From IMG/VR virus record IMGVR_UViG_3300047319_001136: a stretch of 64,000 bases of DNA; one strand, given 5' to 3'. Origin of the DNA: an uncultured virus (IMG/VR IMGVR_UViG_3300047319_001136) (lineage: Duplodnaviria; Heunggongvirae; Uroviricota; Caudoviricetes; Schitoviridae). Both the position numbers and the translations under genes were made by a program. Shown piece by piece: positions 35,159 through 44,147 of this stretch. Under the pieces are notes generated by a model. It ran no database searches and was not told the DNA's origin. It saw only the letters and a program-made list of their open reading frames with translations. How positions within the stretch are numbered: position 1 is the stretch's first letter; each line of letters opens with the position of its first letter.

Positions 35159-35237
35159 GCCATTTCACTGACTGTGGGTTCCCTGGCTCTCCTCACGGAT
35201 CCAGGGAATCTCCACTCTTTTACATGAGAACGATCCT

Positions 35238-35405
35238 ATGACGACCACCGTAGTTGCAGTCAGTAACTGGCAGTTCCCCTCGCTGGACGAGTTCCTGAAG
35301 ACTCACCGGTTGCAGAGCCATTCCAGCCGGGTGCATTACGACGACACAGAAGAACCGGTTGTCGAGATTGTGACGGATATCCCGTCCACACCTGCACCCG
35401 TCTAG
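35238..35405 (+). CDS. small hypothetical protein (55 aa)
   Basis: Translated by hand: MTTTVVAVSNWQFPSLDEFLKTHRL...; weak Shine-Dalgarno. Confidence 0.45.
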   Translation: MTTTVVAVSNWQFPSLDEFLKTHRLQSHSSRVHYDDTEEPVVEIVTDIPSTPAPV

Positions 35406-35514
35406 CAACGATTCTTCATACTACTCTGGAGGAGTAGCCTGCATTCCCGTATCATCCAGGTACATTGCATGACCCAGTGACGCCCGGCTGAAGTCCAGTC
35501 CAGGTTCACCAAGG

Positions 35515-35555
35515 GGGGCAGCAGCAAGACGCGAGTCTTCTGCTGCCCCTTTTTT
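35515..35555 (+). terminator. rho-independent terminator upstream of the lysis cassette
   Basis: GGGGCAGCAG...CTGCTGCCCC followed by T6. Confidence 0.85.
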
Positions 35556-35575
35556 CGTTTACAAGGCCCGCCTAC

Positions 35576-35911
35576 ATGTCGAACGACACGATTGCAATCC
35601 AGCTGGCCGTTCTGGCAGAACAGATGAGATATATCCGGCAGGAGATGGATGACGCCAAGACCGCCCGCAAAGGGCAGTACGAGAAGGCAGAGGAGCATTC
35701 CAGGATTCTCATCCAGATGGATGGCCGGATGCAGAAGGTCGAAGAGTCGTTGCAGCAGCAGGCGCCCACCATCGAGGAGTTCATCACGATCAAGCACAAG
35801 GTCGTGGGTGCAGGACTCTTTGGCCGCTGGACCTGGTGGGTATTCGCAGGACTGGTGGGACTGTTCTGCTCGTTCCGTGTGGAGATCTTCAAATGGTTAA
35901 CAAGAAGCTGA
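35576..35911 (+). CDS. holin/antiholin-like protein with C-terminal TM helix
   Basis: Coiled coil plus hydrophobic C-terminus; first gene of the lysis cassette. Confidence 0.65.
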   Translation: MSNDTIAIQLAVLAEQMRYIRQEMDDAKTARKGQYEKAEEHSRILIQMDGRMQKVEESLQQQAPTIEEFITIKHKVVGAGLFGRWTWWVFAGLVGLFCSFRVEIFKWLTRS

Positions 35912-36147
35912 GGCTCGTCGACAACTGGCAGGCCGCTCATACCTGGGCGTCCATGTGGTGGAGCGGTCTGGGTCTGCTTGTCTCGACGGCCGACTTCCTG
36001 AATGACATCTGGACCAGTCTGGACCACTCGGCCCAGGAAAGATTGCCCTATGCCGGTCTGGTTGGGGTGGTGCTCTTCGCCGCCACGATGATTGGCCGGC
36101 TGCTGGTCTGGACACACAAGGAGGTAGACGCAGATGCCGGTCACTAG
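35893..36147 (+). CDS. holin-like membrane protein (84 aa)
   Basis: LVDNWQAAHTWASMW followed by two TM segments; precedes the endolysin. Confidence 0.7.
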   Translation: MVNKKLRLVDNWQAAHTWASMWWSGLGLLVSTADFLNDIWTSLDHSAQERLPYAGLVGVVLFAATMIGRLLVWTHKEVDADAGH

Positions 36148-36751
36148 AAAGCATGTAGGCATAGGGGCCATTGCTGCCTCAATCATTGCTGCGGTGTTCT
36201 CGGTCGAAGGCGGTTACGTCAACGACCCACATGATCCGGGGGGTGAGACCAATCACGGGATCACGAAGACGGTGGCGGTTGCACATGGCTACACCGGACC
36301 GATGAAGCATCTCAGTGAAGACCTGGCCACCTCAATTTACTTCGAAGATTACATCCAGAAACCGGGCTTCGAACCGTTCCTGAAACTGTCTCCCGCAGTC
36401 GCACAGGAACTGGCGGACAGTGCCGTCAATACTGGCCCGGCCCGTCCTTCACTCTGGCTCCAGAAAGCGCTCAATTCGCTGAACAGAAACGGGCGTGACT
36501 TCCCCCAAACTAATGTTGATGGTAAAGTCGGTCCCGGAACAATTCAGGCCTACCAGGCATTGCAGCGCCTTCGCGGAAGAGTCCAGGCGTGTGAACTGGT
36601 GATCAAGTTACTCGATGCCCAGCAGGCTGTGTATTACATGAGCCTCACCAGTCTCAGCCAGTACACAACCGGTTGGGTATCGAACCGGATAGAAAACGTG
36701 CCACTTACGCACTGCAGGGATGATGGGGAGATCCAGAATGCTGGAACCTGA
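36134..36751 (+). CDS. endolysin, glycoside hydrolase 108 family, SAR-like N-terminus (N4 gp61-like)
   Basis: EGGYVNDPHDPGGETNHGIT, DSAVNTG, VDGKVGPGT and GWVSNR motifs. Confidence 0.92.
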   Translation: MPVTRKHVGIGAIAASIIAAVFSVEGGYVNDPHDPGGETNHGITKTVAVAHGYTGPMKHLSEDLATSIYFEDYIQKPGFEPFLKLSPAVAQELADSAVNTGPARPSLWLQKALNSLNRNGRDFPQTNVDGKVGPGTIQAYQALQRLRGRVQACELVIKLLDAQQAVYYMSLTSLSQYTTGWVSNRIENVPLTHCRDDGEIQNAGT

Positions 36752-37298
36752 GTTGGGTGGTCTGCTGGCAAAGCTGGGTCTGTACGTGGTCCTGCCGGTG
36801 GCCGTGCTGGGTGGGACAGGACTTTACGCCCACCACAAGGGTTTTCTCTCCGGGGAAGCCGAGATACAGGCCCAGTGGAATGCCGACAGGGAAGCGGGCC
36901 GGATTGCTATTGGCAAGGTCCGGAAGCAGTACGACGAACTTGAAGCGCAGAACCGGCTGGACAACCAGAAGAATGCCGAAGCCCTGATCCAGAAGGACAA
37001 AGACCATGAAATCGCTCTTGCTACTGCCCGCACTGATTTTGTTCACCGCCTGCAGCTCAGCACCGATCGTGCCGCGCTATACCAACGTGCAGCCAAAGCT
37101 GGAACCGCTCAGTGCGGAGATCTCGCAAGCTATGCAGGCGAGCTCGACCACTCTCTTGAAGAGGGCCGGGGACTGGTACGAGAGCTCCGGGAAACTCTTG
37201 GACAGCGCGACGACCAGCTTGGGGCTCTGAGCCAGCAGTTGCTGAATGACCGAAAACTTTTCACCGGTACGATCCATGACACCACGAACGGGCAATAA
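36738..37298 (+). CDS. i-spanin (Rz-like)
   Basis: N-terminal TM helix plus coiled coil; follows the endolysin. Confidence 0.8.
   Translation: MLEPELGGLLAKLGLYVVLPVAVLGGTGLYAHHKGFLSGEAEIQAQWNADREAGRIAIGKVRKQYDELEAQNRLDNQKNAEALIQKDKDHEIALATARTDFVHRLQLSTDRAALYQRAAKAGTAQCGDLASYAGELDHSLEEGRGLVRELRETLGQRDDQLGALSQQLLNDRKLFTGTIHDTTNGQ
37006..37230 (+). CDS. o-spanin lipoprotein (Rz1-like), embedded in the i-spanin gene
   Basis: [18 protein letters not shown] lipobox in an alternative frame. Confidence 0.8.
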   Translation: MKSLLLLPALILFTACSSAPIVPRYTNVQPKLEPLSAEISQAMQASSTTLLKRAGDWYESSGKLLDSATTSLGL

Positions 37299-39588
37299 CG
37301 AGGCGCTGCCTGTCAGCCCCGATGTCTCGCAGAAGCTCACCAGCTGGGTCAACGAGCCGTCCCTCCAGACCCTTACCCTGGATCTCCAGTCAGCCAAGCC
37401 CTCCCGTGACATGCAGGTGGCCGAGATCGAGCGCTGGAATGACCTGCTCAAAGTACGGGGCAAGGCGAAACCGCCCAAGGTCAAGGGTCGCTCCCAGGTG
37501 CAGCCCAAGCTGATCCGTCGCCAGGCGGAGTGGCGTTACTCGGCGCTCACTGAGCCTTTCCTTGGCTCCAACAAGCTCTTCAATGTGAAGCCGGCCAACT
37601 GGAGCTCGACCAAGTCTGCCCAGCAGAACGAGATGGTGCTGAACTGGCAGTTCCGCACAAAAATGAACCGGGTCAAGTTCATCGACGATTTCGTGCGCTC
37701 GACGGTCGATGAGGGTACCTGTGTGATCCGGATTGGCTGGAAGCGGGTGACCAACAAGGTCAAGCAGGATGCACCGGTCTACACCCACTATCCGATCCAG
37801 AGCCAGCAGGATCTGCAGAACTTCCAGCAGGCCCTGCAGCTCTCGCAGTCCGACCCGGATACCTACCAGTCCAGTGTGCCACCTGAACTGCAGTCTGCGG
37901 TTGACTACTACCACGAGAGCCAGCAGGCGACGGTCGCGAAACAGACCGGCACCCAGAAGGTCGAAGTGGAACAGCTCATCGAGAACCGGCCGACGGCTGA
38001 CATCCTCGATCCGCGTAACTTCTTCCTCGATCCGTCCTGCAATGGCGATCCGGAGAAGGCGCTCTTTGCCATCGTCACCTGGGAAACCAACCAGGCGGAA
38101 CTGAAGAAAGATGGTGGCCGCTACAAGAATCTCGACCAGGTGGACTGGGAAGGCAATGCGCCGCTGAACCAGCCGGACCACTACACGCAGACACCAACGA
38201 GCTTTTCGTTCCAGGATCCGATGCGCAAGAAAGTCCTGGTGTACGAATACTGGGGTTTCTACGACATCAACAAGGATGGCAATCTGGTGCCCTTCGTGGC
38301 TTCCTGGATCGGCAGTGTGCTGATCCGCATGGAGAAGAATCCGTTCCCTGACCAGAAGCTGCCATTCGTCATCGTGCCGTACCTGCCTAGAAAGCGCGAA
38401 GTCTACGGTGAGCCGGATGCTGAGCTGCTGGAGGAAAACCAGGCCATCCTCGGTGCGGTGACCCGCGGCATGATCGATCTGCTTGGACGCTCGGCCAACG
38501 GTCAGCAGGGCTTTGCCAAGGGCATGCTCGATCCGCTGAACCGTCGCCGCTATGAAGAAGGCAAGGACTACGAGTTCAATCCGAATCTGCCGATGGGTCA
38601 AGGTCTGATCGAGCACAAGTATCCGGATATCCCGCAGTCAGCCATGCTGATGGCCAACCTCATGAACCAGGAGGCCGAAGCCTTAACGGGGGTGAAATCC
38701 TTCTCCGGTGGTATGTCGGGTGAAGCCTACGGGGATGTGGCAGCCGGTATCCGGGGCATGCTCGATGCTGCCTCCAAACGTGAAATGGCCATCCTTCGCC
38801 GGCTGGCCCATGGCATGACCGAGGTCGGTAACAAGATCATCTCGATGAATGGTGTGTTCCTCTCCGAACAGGAAGTGGTGCCCATCACGCAGGAACAGTT
38901 TGTCCAGATCAACCGGGATGATCTTGTTGGCGAGTTCAGTCTCGAGGTGGATATCTCGACAGCGGAAGTCGATAACGCCCAGTCGCAGGATCTCGCCTTC
39001 ATGCTGCAGACCCTTGGACCCAAGGGAGACTGGGGCATGGTGCAGCTGATCCTGGCCCAGATTGCCCGTCTGAAGCGTATGCCTGAACTGGCTCACCGCA
39101 TCGAACAGTACCAGCCGCAACCGGATCCGAATGCAGCTGCCCTCGCCCAGGCGCAGACACAGGTCGAGCAGAAGAAGCTCGAGGTCATGCAGTCGCAGAT
39201 CGATCTGAATGAAGCCCAGGCCGCTGCGCTCGGTGCGAAGAAGGATCTGGATAACCTGAACTATGTTGAGCAGGAAACGGGTACCAAGCATGCCCGTGAC
39301 ATGCAGAAGCAGCAGGCCCAGGGTGAAAGTAACCAGAACCTTGAAGTGACCAAGGCGCTCCTCAAGCCGAAGAAGAACGCCAATGGGTCGGAGTCGAAGC
39401 CGGATATCCCTGCGGCTGTGGGGTATAACGCACTATCAAAAGCTCAGACAAATGGTGGACAGCCTGGCACTCCTGACAGTACCATCACGCGAGATAACTT
39501 GGCGGGAGCCAATCCTGCTCTTTCTCTGGGTTCAAGCCATTTCCAACCGGCGATGGACCCTGCTCTTAACCACAACCTGACTGTATAA
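37246..39588 (+). CDS. portal protein (N4 gp59-like); true start may be 37276
   Basis: [31 protein letters not shown] and [16 protein letters not shown] motifs; gene order. Confidence 0.93.
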   Translation: MTENFSPVRSMTPRTGNNEALPVSPDVSQKLTSWVNEPSLQTLTLDLQSAKPSRDMQVAEIERWNDLLKVRGKAKPPKVKGRSQVQPKLIRRQAEWRYSALTEPFLGSNKLFNVKPANWSSTKSAQQNEMVLNWQFRTKMNRVKFIDDFVRSTVDEGTCVIRIGWKRVTNKVKQDAPVYTHYPIQSQQDLQNFQQALQLSQSDPDTYQSSVPPELQSAVDYYHESQQATVAKQTGTQKVEVEQLIENRPTADILDPRNFFLDPSCNGDPEKALFAIVTWETNQAELKKDGGRYKNLDQVDWEGNAPLNQPDHYTQTPTSFSFQDPMRKKVLVYEYWGFYDINKDGNLVPFVASWIGSVLIRMEKNPFPDQKLPFVIVPYLPRKREVYGEPDAELLEENQAILGAVTRGMIDLLGRSANGQQGFAKGMLDPLNRRRYEEGKDYEFNPNLPMGQGLIEHKYPDIPQSAMLMANLMNQEAEALTGVKSFSGGMSGEAYGDVAAGIRGMLDAASKREMAILRRLAHGMTEVGNKIISMNGVFLSEQEVVPITQEQFVQINRDDLVGEFSLEVDISTAEVDNAQSQDLAFMLQTLGPKGDWGMVQLILAQIARLKRMPELAHRIEQYQPQPDPNAAALAQAQTQVEQKKLEVMQSQIDLNEAQAAALGAKKDLDNLNYVEQETGTKHARDMQKQQAQGESNQNLEVTKALLKPKKNANGSESKPDIPAAVGYNALSKAQTNGGQPGTPDSTITRDNLAGANPALSLGSSHFQPAMDPALNHNLTV

Positions 39589-39600
39589 AAGGACCAAACC

Positions 39601-39933
39601 ATGTCGGAAGTCCAACAACTCGAGCGTCAGCTGGCCGATGCGAAGATCCTCTCGGAACAGAAGCGTCTGGCCATGAAGCTCGCAGACAATCATGAGTTCC
39701 GCACACTCATCCTCGATGAGTTCTGCACGAAGGAATGCGCCCGTTATGCGCAGTCGTCGGCCGATCCGGCACTCGACGCCAACGAGCGTGCTGATGCACT
39801 GGCCATGGCCCAGGCTGCCGGCCACCTGAAGCGCTTCCTGTCGGTGAAGATCCAGATGGGCTATGTCGCCGAGCGTGACATGACCGAGGTCGAAGCGGCA
39901 CTCGTGGAAGCCCGTCAGGAAGAGGCTGAATAA
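39601..39933 (+). CDS. N4 gp58-like protein
   Basis: Position between portal and gp57-like gene. Confidence 0.75.
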   Translation: MSEVQQLERQLADAKILSEQKRLAMKLADNHEFRTLILDEFCTKECARYAQSSADPALDANERADALAMAQAAGHLKRFLSVKIQMGYVAERDMTEVEAALVEARQEEAE

Positions 39934-39935
39934 CC

Positions 39936-41207
39936 ATGGATGCCCAGACGAGGGAAGAGCAAGAGAAGGGACCGGTTAACCCGCTGGCCATGTCGGATGA
40001 AGACTTCCTGAAGCAGCCCCTGCCGGGCAGTGAACTGCCGGTGAGCAAGACCCAGGAAGAACTCGATGCCGAAGCAGCTGCCCAGGCAGCCGCACAGTCG
40101 GAAGCAGAAGTAGCCGCTGCAGCGCAGGTTGAAGCAGCCGCTACTTCTGCCTCTGGTAAACAGACCCCGGATGGTGGTAATGTTCCGACCAATCCGGAAG
40201 TCATCCAGGACGGTAAGACCCCGACCTCGACTGCAAGTGCTGCTTCCACTGGTTCGACGGAGCCAGGCAAGGAAGGCACCCAGAAGGCAGATCCGAAAGC
40301 AGCTACGCCTGCCGCGGAAAAGCCTGCCGAGGGTACGCAGGTCACCGCTGTTGACTACGAACAGTTCTACAAGCAGGTGATGGCGCCGTTCAAGGCAAAT
40401 GGCAAGCAGATCGAACTCCGCACTCCGGACGAAGCGATCCAGCTCATGCAGATGGGCGCCAACTACACCCGCAAGATGCAGGACATCCAGCCGCATCGCA
40501 AGACGCTGCTGATGCTGGAGAACAACGGACTGCTGGATGCGGACAAGCTCTCGCTCCTCATTGATGTGGACAAGGGCAATCCGGAAGCCATCAGGAAGTT
40601 GCTGAAGGACAGGGGAGTCGATCCCCTGTCCCTCGATACCAGCGAAGATTCAAACTACCTTGGGGGCAATCACAAGGTCAGTGACGAAGAAGCGAATTTC
40701 CGCACCGCACTCAGCGATCTTGGATCGCATGACGAAGGCAAGCAGACGCTTCAGGCGATCAACTCGACATGGGATCAGGCCAGTAAGGAAGTGCTGTGGA
40801 AGGAGCCCAATCTCCTGTCGGTGATGCACTCCCAGCGTGAGAACGGTATCTATGACCGGATCGCCACGGAAGTGAACCGCCTGCAGGCTTTAGGGCAAAT
40901 TCCGGCCGGTACCCCGTTCATTCACGCCTACAAGGCGGTGGGCGACGCACTGCAGGCTCAGGGTCGTTTCAACGATCTCGTGTCTGCAGTACCTGGTACT
41001 CCTGCCGGTTCGGCAGCTGTGGCTACCGCCGCAGCAGCCCAGCCGGTAGCCACCCGGGTCGTTGCACCGAAATCGGCCGTGACGAATGGGGATCTGGCAA
41101 GTGCCGCTGCGGCTTCGCGGAGCACTCCCGGAAAAGTTGAGAAGGTCGTGAATCCGCTCGCCATGAGCGATGACGACTTCCTCAAGCAAATGGCCAACCG
41201 TGTTTAA
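39936..41207 (+). CDS. N4 gp57-like protein (scaffold/tape-measure-like)
   Basis: NPLAMSDEDFLK at both ends; PFKANGK and LMQMGANYTRKM motifs. Confidence 0.85.
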   Translation: MDAQTREEQEKGPVNPLAMSDEDFLKQPLPGSELPVSKTQEELDAEAAAQAAAQSEAEVAAAAQVEAAATSASGKQTPDGGNVPTNPEVIQDGKTPTSTASAASTGSTEPGKEGTQKADPKAATPAAEKPAEGTQVTAVDYEQFYKQVMAPFKANGKQIELRTPDEAIQLMQMGANYTRKMQDIQPHRKTLLMLENNGLLDADKLSLLIDVDKGNPEAIRKLLKDRGVDPLSLDTSEDSNYLGGNHKVSDEEANFRTALSDLGSHDEGKQTLQAINSTWDQASKEVLWKEPNLLSVMHSQRENGIYDRIATEVNRLQALGQIPAGTPFIHAYKAVGDALQAQGRFNDLVSAVPGTPAGSAAVATAAAAQPVATRVVAPKSAVTNGDLASAAAASRSTPGKVEKVVNPLAMSDDDFLKQMANRV

Positions 41208-41220
41208 GGGAAACTGACCC

Positions 41221-42459
41221 ATGCTGAATTACAACGCCCCCTCCGTAGATGGTTCGGGTACCAAGTCGAGCATCGACGGTGCCGGCTCCAACCAGATGCT
41301 CACCTTCTTCTACCTGAAGAAGGCCATCGTCTACGCCCGCAAGCTGCAGTTCTTCATGCCGCTGGCGAACGTGACGAACATGCCGAAGAACTTCGGCAAG
41401 AGCATCAAGGTGTTCGAGTACGTGCCGCTGCTCGATGACCGCAACGTGAACGACCAGGGCATCGACGCTACAGGTGTCACGCTCGCTGGCGGCAACCTGT
41501 ACGGCTCCAGCCGTGACGTCGGCACGATCACCTCGAAGATGCCGACGCTCACCGAAAACGGCGGCCGTGTGAACCGTGTCGGCTTCACCCGTCTGACACG
41601 GGAAGGCACGATCCACAAGTTTGGTTTCTTCACCGAGTTCACGCAGGAATCGCTCGACTTCGACTCGGACGAGACGGTGATGGATCACCTGTCGACCGAG
41701 CTGATGAACGGTGCCGTGCAGATGACGGAAGCCGCGCTTCAGGCCGACCTGCTGGCTTCGGCCGGTGTGGTGATCTTCGCCGGTGCTGCCACGCAGGACT
41801 CCGAAGTCACGGGTGAAGATACACCGGCTGCCGGCCCTGTGCCGGAGATCCCGCCGTCGATCGTCTCGTACCGCAACCTGATGCGTCTGGACCAGATCCT
41901 GACGGATAACCGCACGCCGACGCAGACGACGGTGATCACGGGTTCGCGCAACATCGACACGATGACCGTCGGTGCAACCCGCGTGCTGTACGTGGGCAAC
42001 GAGCTGGTGCCGATCCTGAAGGGCATGAAGGATCTGTTCGGCAACAAGGCCTTCATCGAGATCCAGCACTACTCGGCAGCCGGCACGATCCTGAACGGCG
42101 AGATCGGCTCGATTGACAAGTTCCGCATCATCCAGGTGCCGGAAATGCAGCACTGGGCAGGTGCCGGTGCAGCGGTCGGGACGAACCCGGGCTACCGTGC
42201 CTCGATGGTCGGTGGGACCGAGCACTACGACGTGTTCCCGATGATCTGCCTGGGCGATGACTCGTGGACCACGATCGGCTTCCAGACGGACGGCAAGACG
42301 GTCAAGTTCTCGGTGCTCACCAAGATGCCGGGTCAGGACACCGCGGATCGTAACGATCCGTATGGTGAGACCGGCTTCAGCTCGATCAAGTGGTACTACG
42401 GCATTCTGATCAAGCGCCCGGAACGTATCGGCCTCGTCAAGACGGTCGCACCGGTCTAA
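41221..42459 (+). CDS. major capsid protein (N4-gp56 family)
   Basis: [30 protein letters not shown] and [16 protein letters not shown] motifs. Confidence 0.96.
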   Translation: MLNYNAPSVDGSGTKSSIDGAGSNQMLTFFYLKKAIVYARKLQFFMPLANVTNMPKNFGKSIKVFEYVPLLDDRNVNDQGIDATGVTLAGGNLYGSSRDVGTITSKMPTLTENGGRVNRVGFTRLTREGTIHKFGFFTEFTQESLDFDSDETVMDHLSTELMNGAVQMTEAALQADLLASAGVVIFAGAATQDSEVTGEDTPAAGPVPEIPPSIVSYRNLMRLDQILTDNRTPTQTTVITGSRNIDTMTVGATRVLYVGNELVPILKGMKDLFGNKAFIEIQHYSAAGTILNGEIGSIDKFRIIQVPEMQHWAGAGAAVGTNPGYRASMVGGTEHYDVFPMICLGDDSWTTIGFQTDGKTVKFSVLTKMPGQDTADRNDPYGETGFSSIKWYYGILIKRPERIGLVKTVAPV

Positions 42460-42542
42460 ACCGGTGAGCTGAACCAGAGGGAAGGAAGATAGCGATGTCT
42501 TCCTTCCCGCTGGCTCCAGAACTGGAATCAAGGAACCTGACA

Positions 42543-43169
42543 ATGAACGCGCTTGAAGACACGGCACAGCCGACTGAACTGCAGATGCTCAAGTCCCGTG
42601 CGGACATGATGGGCATCACCTACTCGAACAACATTGGCCTCGATGCACTGCGCAAGAAGGTCGACGCCCGGATGAATGGTCTGGATGAACCGGCTGCCGA
42701 CGCTGCAGTCGATACCGCAGCCGATCCGCAGCAGACCTTCGCACCGAACCCTCTGGCTGGTCAGACCGAGCCGGTCAAGCGCAAGACGCTGCGCCAGCAT
42801 CTGCACGATGAGCAGATGAAGCTGGTGCGCCTGCGTATCACCAACCTGGATCCGAAGAAGAAGGATCTGCCGGGGGAGATCTTTACGGTGGCCAACGAGC
42901 ATCTGGGCACCGTGCGCAAGTTCATTCCCTACGGTGAAGTGACGGATAACGGCTATCACGTGCCGTACATCATCTACAAGCAGCTTGAATCGCGGCGCTT
43001 CCACAACATCCGCACGGTCAAGGATCGCCGCACGGGGACCAACCGTGTCGAGTCGAGCTGGGTCAAGGAGTTCGCACTGGAAGTGCTGCCGACCTTGACG
43101 AAGGAAGAGATCGGCCGGCTGGCTACGGCACAGATCGCAGCCGGCAGTATCGAATCCGCCGCCAGCTGA
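42543..43169 (+). CDS. N4 gp55-like protein
   Basis: LKSRADMMGI and KLVRLRITNLDPKKKDLPGEIFTV motifs; gene order. Confidence 0.8.
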   Translation: MNALEDTAQPTELQMLKSRADMMGITYSNNIGLDALRKKVDARMNGLDEPAADAAVDTAADPQQTFAPNPLAGQTEPVKRKTLRQHLHDEQMKLVRLRITNLDPKKKDLPGEIFTVANEHLGTVRKFIPYGEVTDNGYHVPYIIYKQLESRRFHNIRTVKDRRTGTNRVESSWVKEFALEVLPTLTKEEIGRLATAQIAAGSIESAAS

Positions 43170-43201
43170 TCGGTCACTGACCAATCTCTTGCTGTGATCA
43201 A

Positions 43202-43238
43202 AGGCCCATCCCGGATCTGGGTGGGCCTTCTGTTTTTC
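43202..43238 (+). terminator. rho-independent terminator
   Basis: AAGGCCCATCC...GGGTGGGCCTT followed by CTGTTTTT. Confidence 0.75.
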
Positions 43239-43256
43239 TGAACCAGGAAAAAGAAC

Positions 43257-44123
43257 ATGGGCTACGGCGCAGATACACAAGGCAATGCACTGCTGCAGGC
43301 AGTGACCGCCGATCAGAGTTTCACCATTCCGGCTATCGATCTGAGCGGTGCGCAGTTCCAGTTGCCTGGGGGTGCCACCAATCCGCTCTATATGGTCATC
43401 AGCAAACCTTCGGTGTCGGAGCTGACCACCGGTGTGGGCGGTGAGGGTACCTTCGATGTGGTCATGGCTTCCGTCCAGGGGCTGCTGACGGCGGAATACA
43501 AGGCAGGCCGGATCACGGGGGCGGAATACACCAAGGCATTCATTGCCATGGTTCTGGGGACACTGGAGCAGTCGGTGCAGTTCTGCCTGCAGAACGACAA
43601 CTCCTACTGGCAGGCCCAGGCCGCTCAGGTGGGCGTCATCAAGGCACTGGTGGATATTGAGACGGCCAAGGTAGCGACCGTTGTGGCCCAGCTCGAGGCT
43701 GTTACGTCCCGGGCGAACTACGGCCTCACGAAGCTGAAGATGGCGACGGAAGATGCCAGCTATGGCCAGGCCAGGTTCCAGGTCGACAATACCCTGCCGG
43801 CGCAGCTCACGCTGCTGCAGACCCAGAAGACACTCGTCTCGGAGCAGGCCGAGGGCCAGCGTGCCCAGACGCTCGATGTACGCACCGATGGCCAGGTAGT
43901 GGCGGGCTCGGTGGGCAAGCAGAAGGATCTGTACACCCAGCAGGTCACGAGCTACCAGCGCGATGCCGAGGTGAAGGCGGCCAAGCTCTTTACCGATGCC
44001 TGGACGGTGCAGAAAACATCCGATGACGGTCTGGTTGCACCGACCGGGTTCACCAATGACTCCATCAATGAAGTCCTGACGACGTTGATGGCCAACAATG
44101 GTTTTGGCTCGCCGCAGCCCTGA
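43257..44123 (+). CDS. virion structural protein (N4 gp54-like)
   Basis: GTFDVVM, GRITGAEYTKA and GKQKDLYTQQVTSYQRDAE motifs. Confidence 0.8.
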   Translation: MGYGADTQGNALLQAVTADQSFTIPAIDLSGAQFQLPGGATNPLYMVISKPSVSELTTGVGGEGTFDVVMASVQGLLTAEYKAGRITGAEYTKAFIAMVLGTLEQSVQFCLQNDNSYWQAQAAQVGVIKALVDIETAKVATVVAQLEAVTSRANYGLTKLKMATEDASYGQARFQVDNTLPAQLTLLQTQKTLVSEQAEGQRAQTLDVRTDGQVVAGSVGKQKDLYTQQVTSYQRDAEVKAAKLFTDAWTVQKTSDDGLVAPTGFTNDSINEVLTTLMANNGFGSPQP

Positions 44124-44147
44124 TCCAGGAAAAGAGAGGAGTCTGGT

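Noticed and set aside
41182..42567. 461-aa minus-strand ORF
   Set aside because: Antisense shadow of the major capsid gene.
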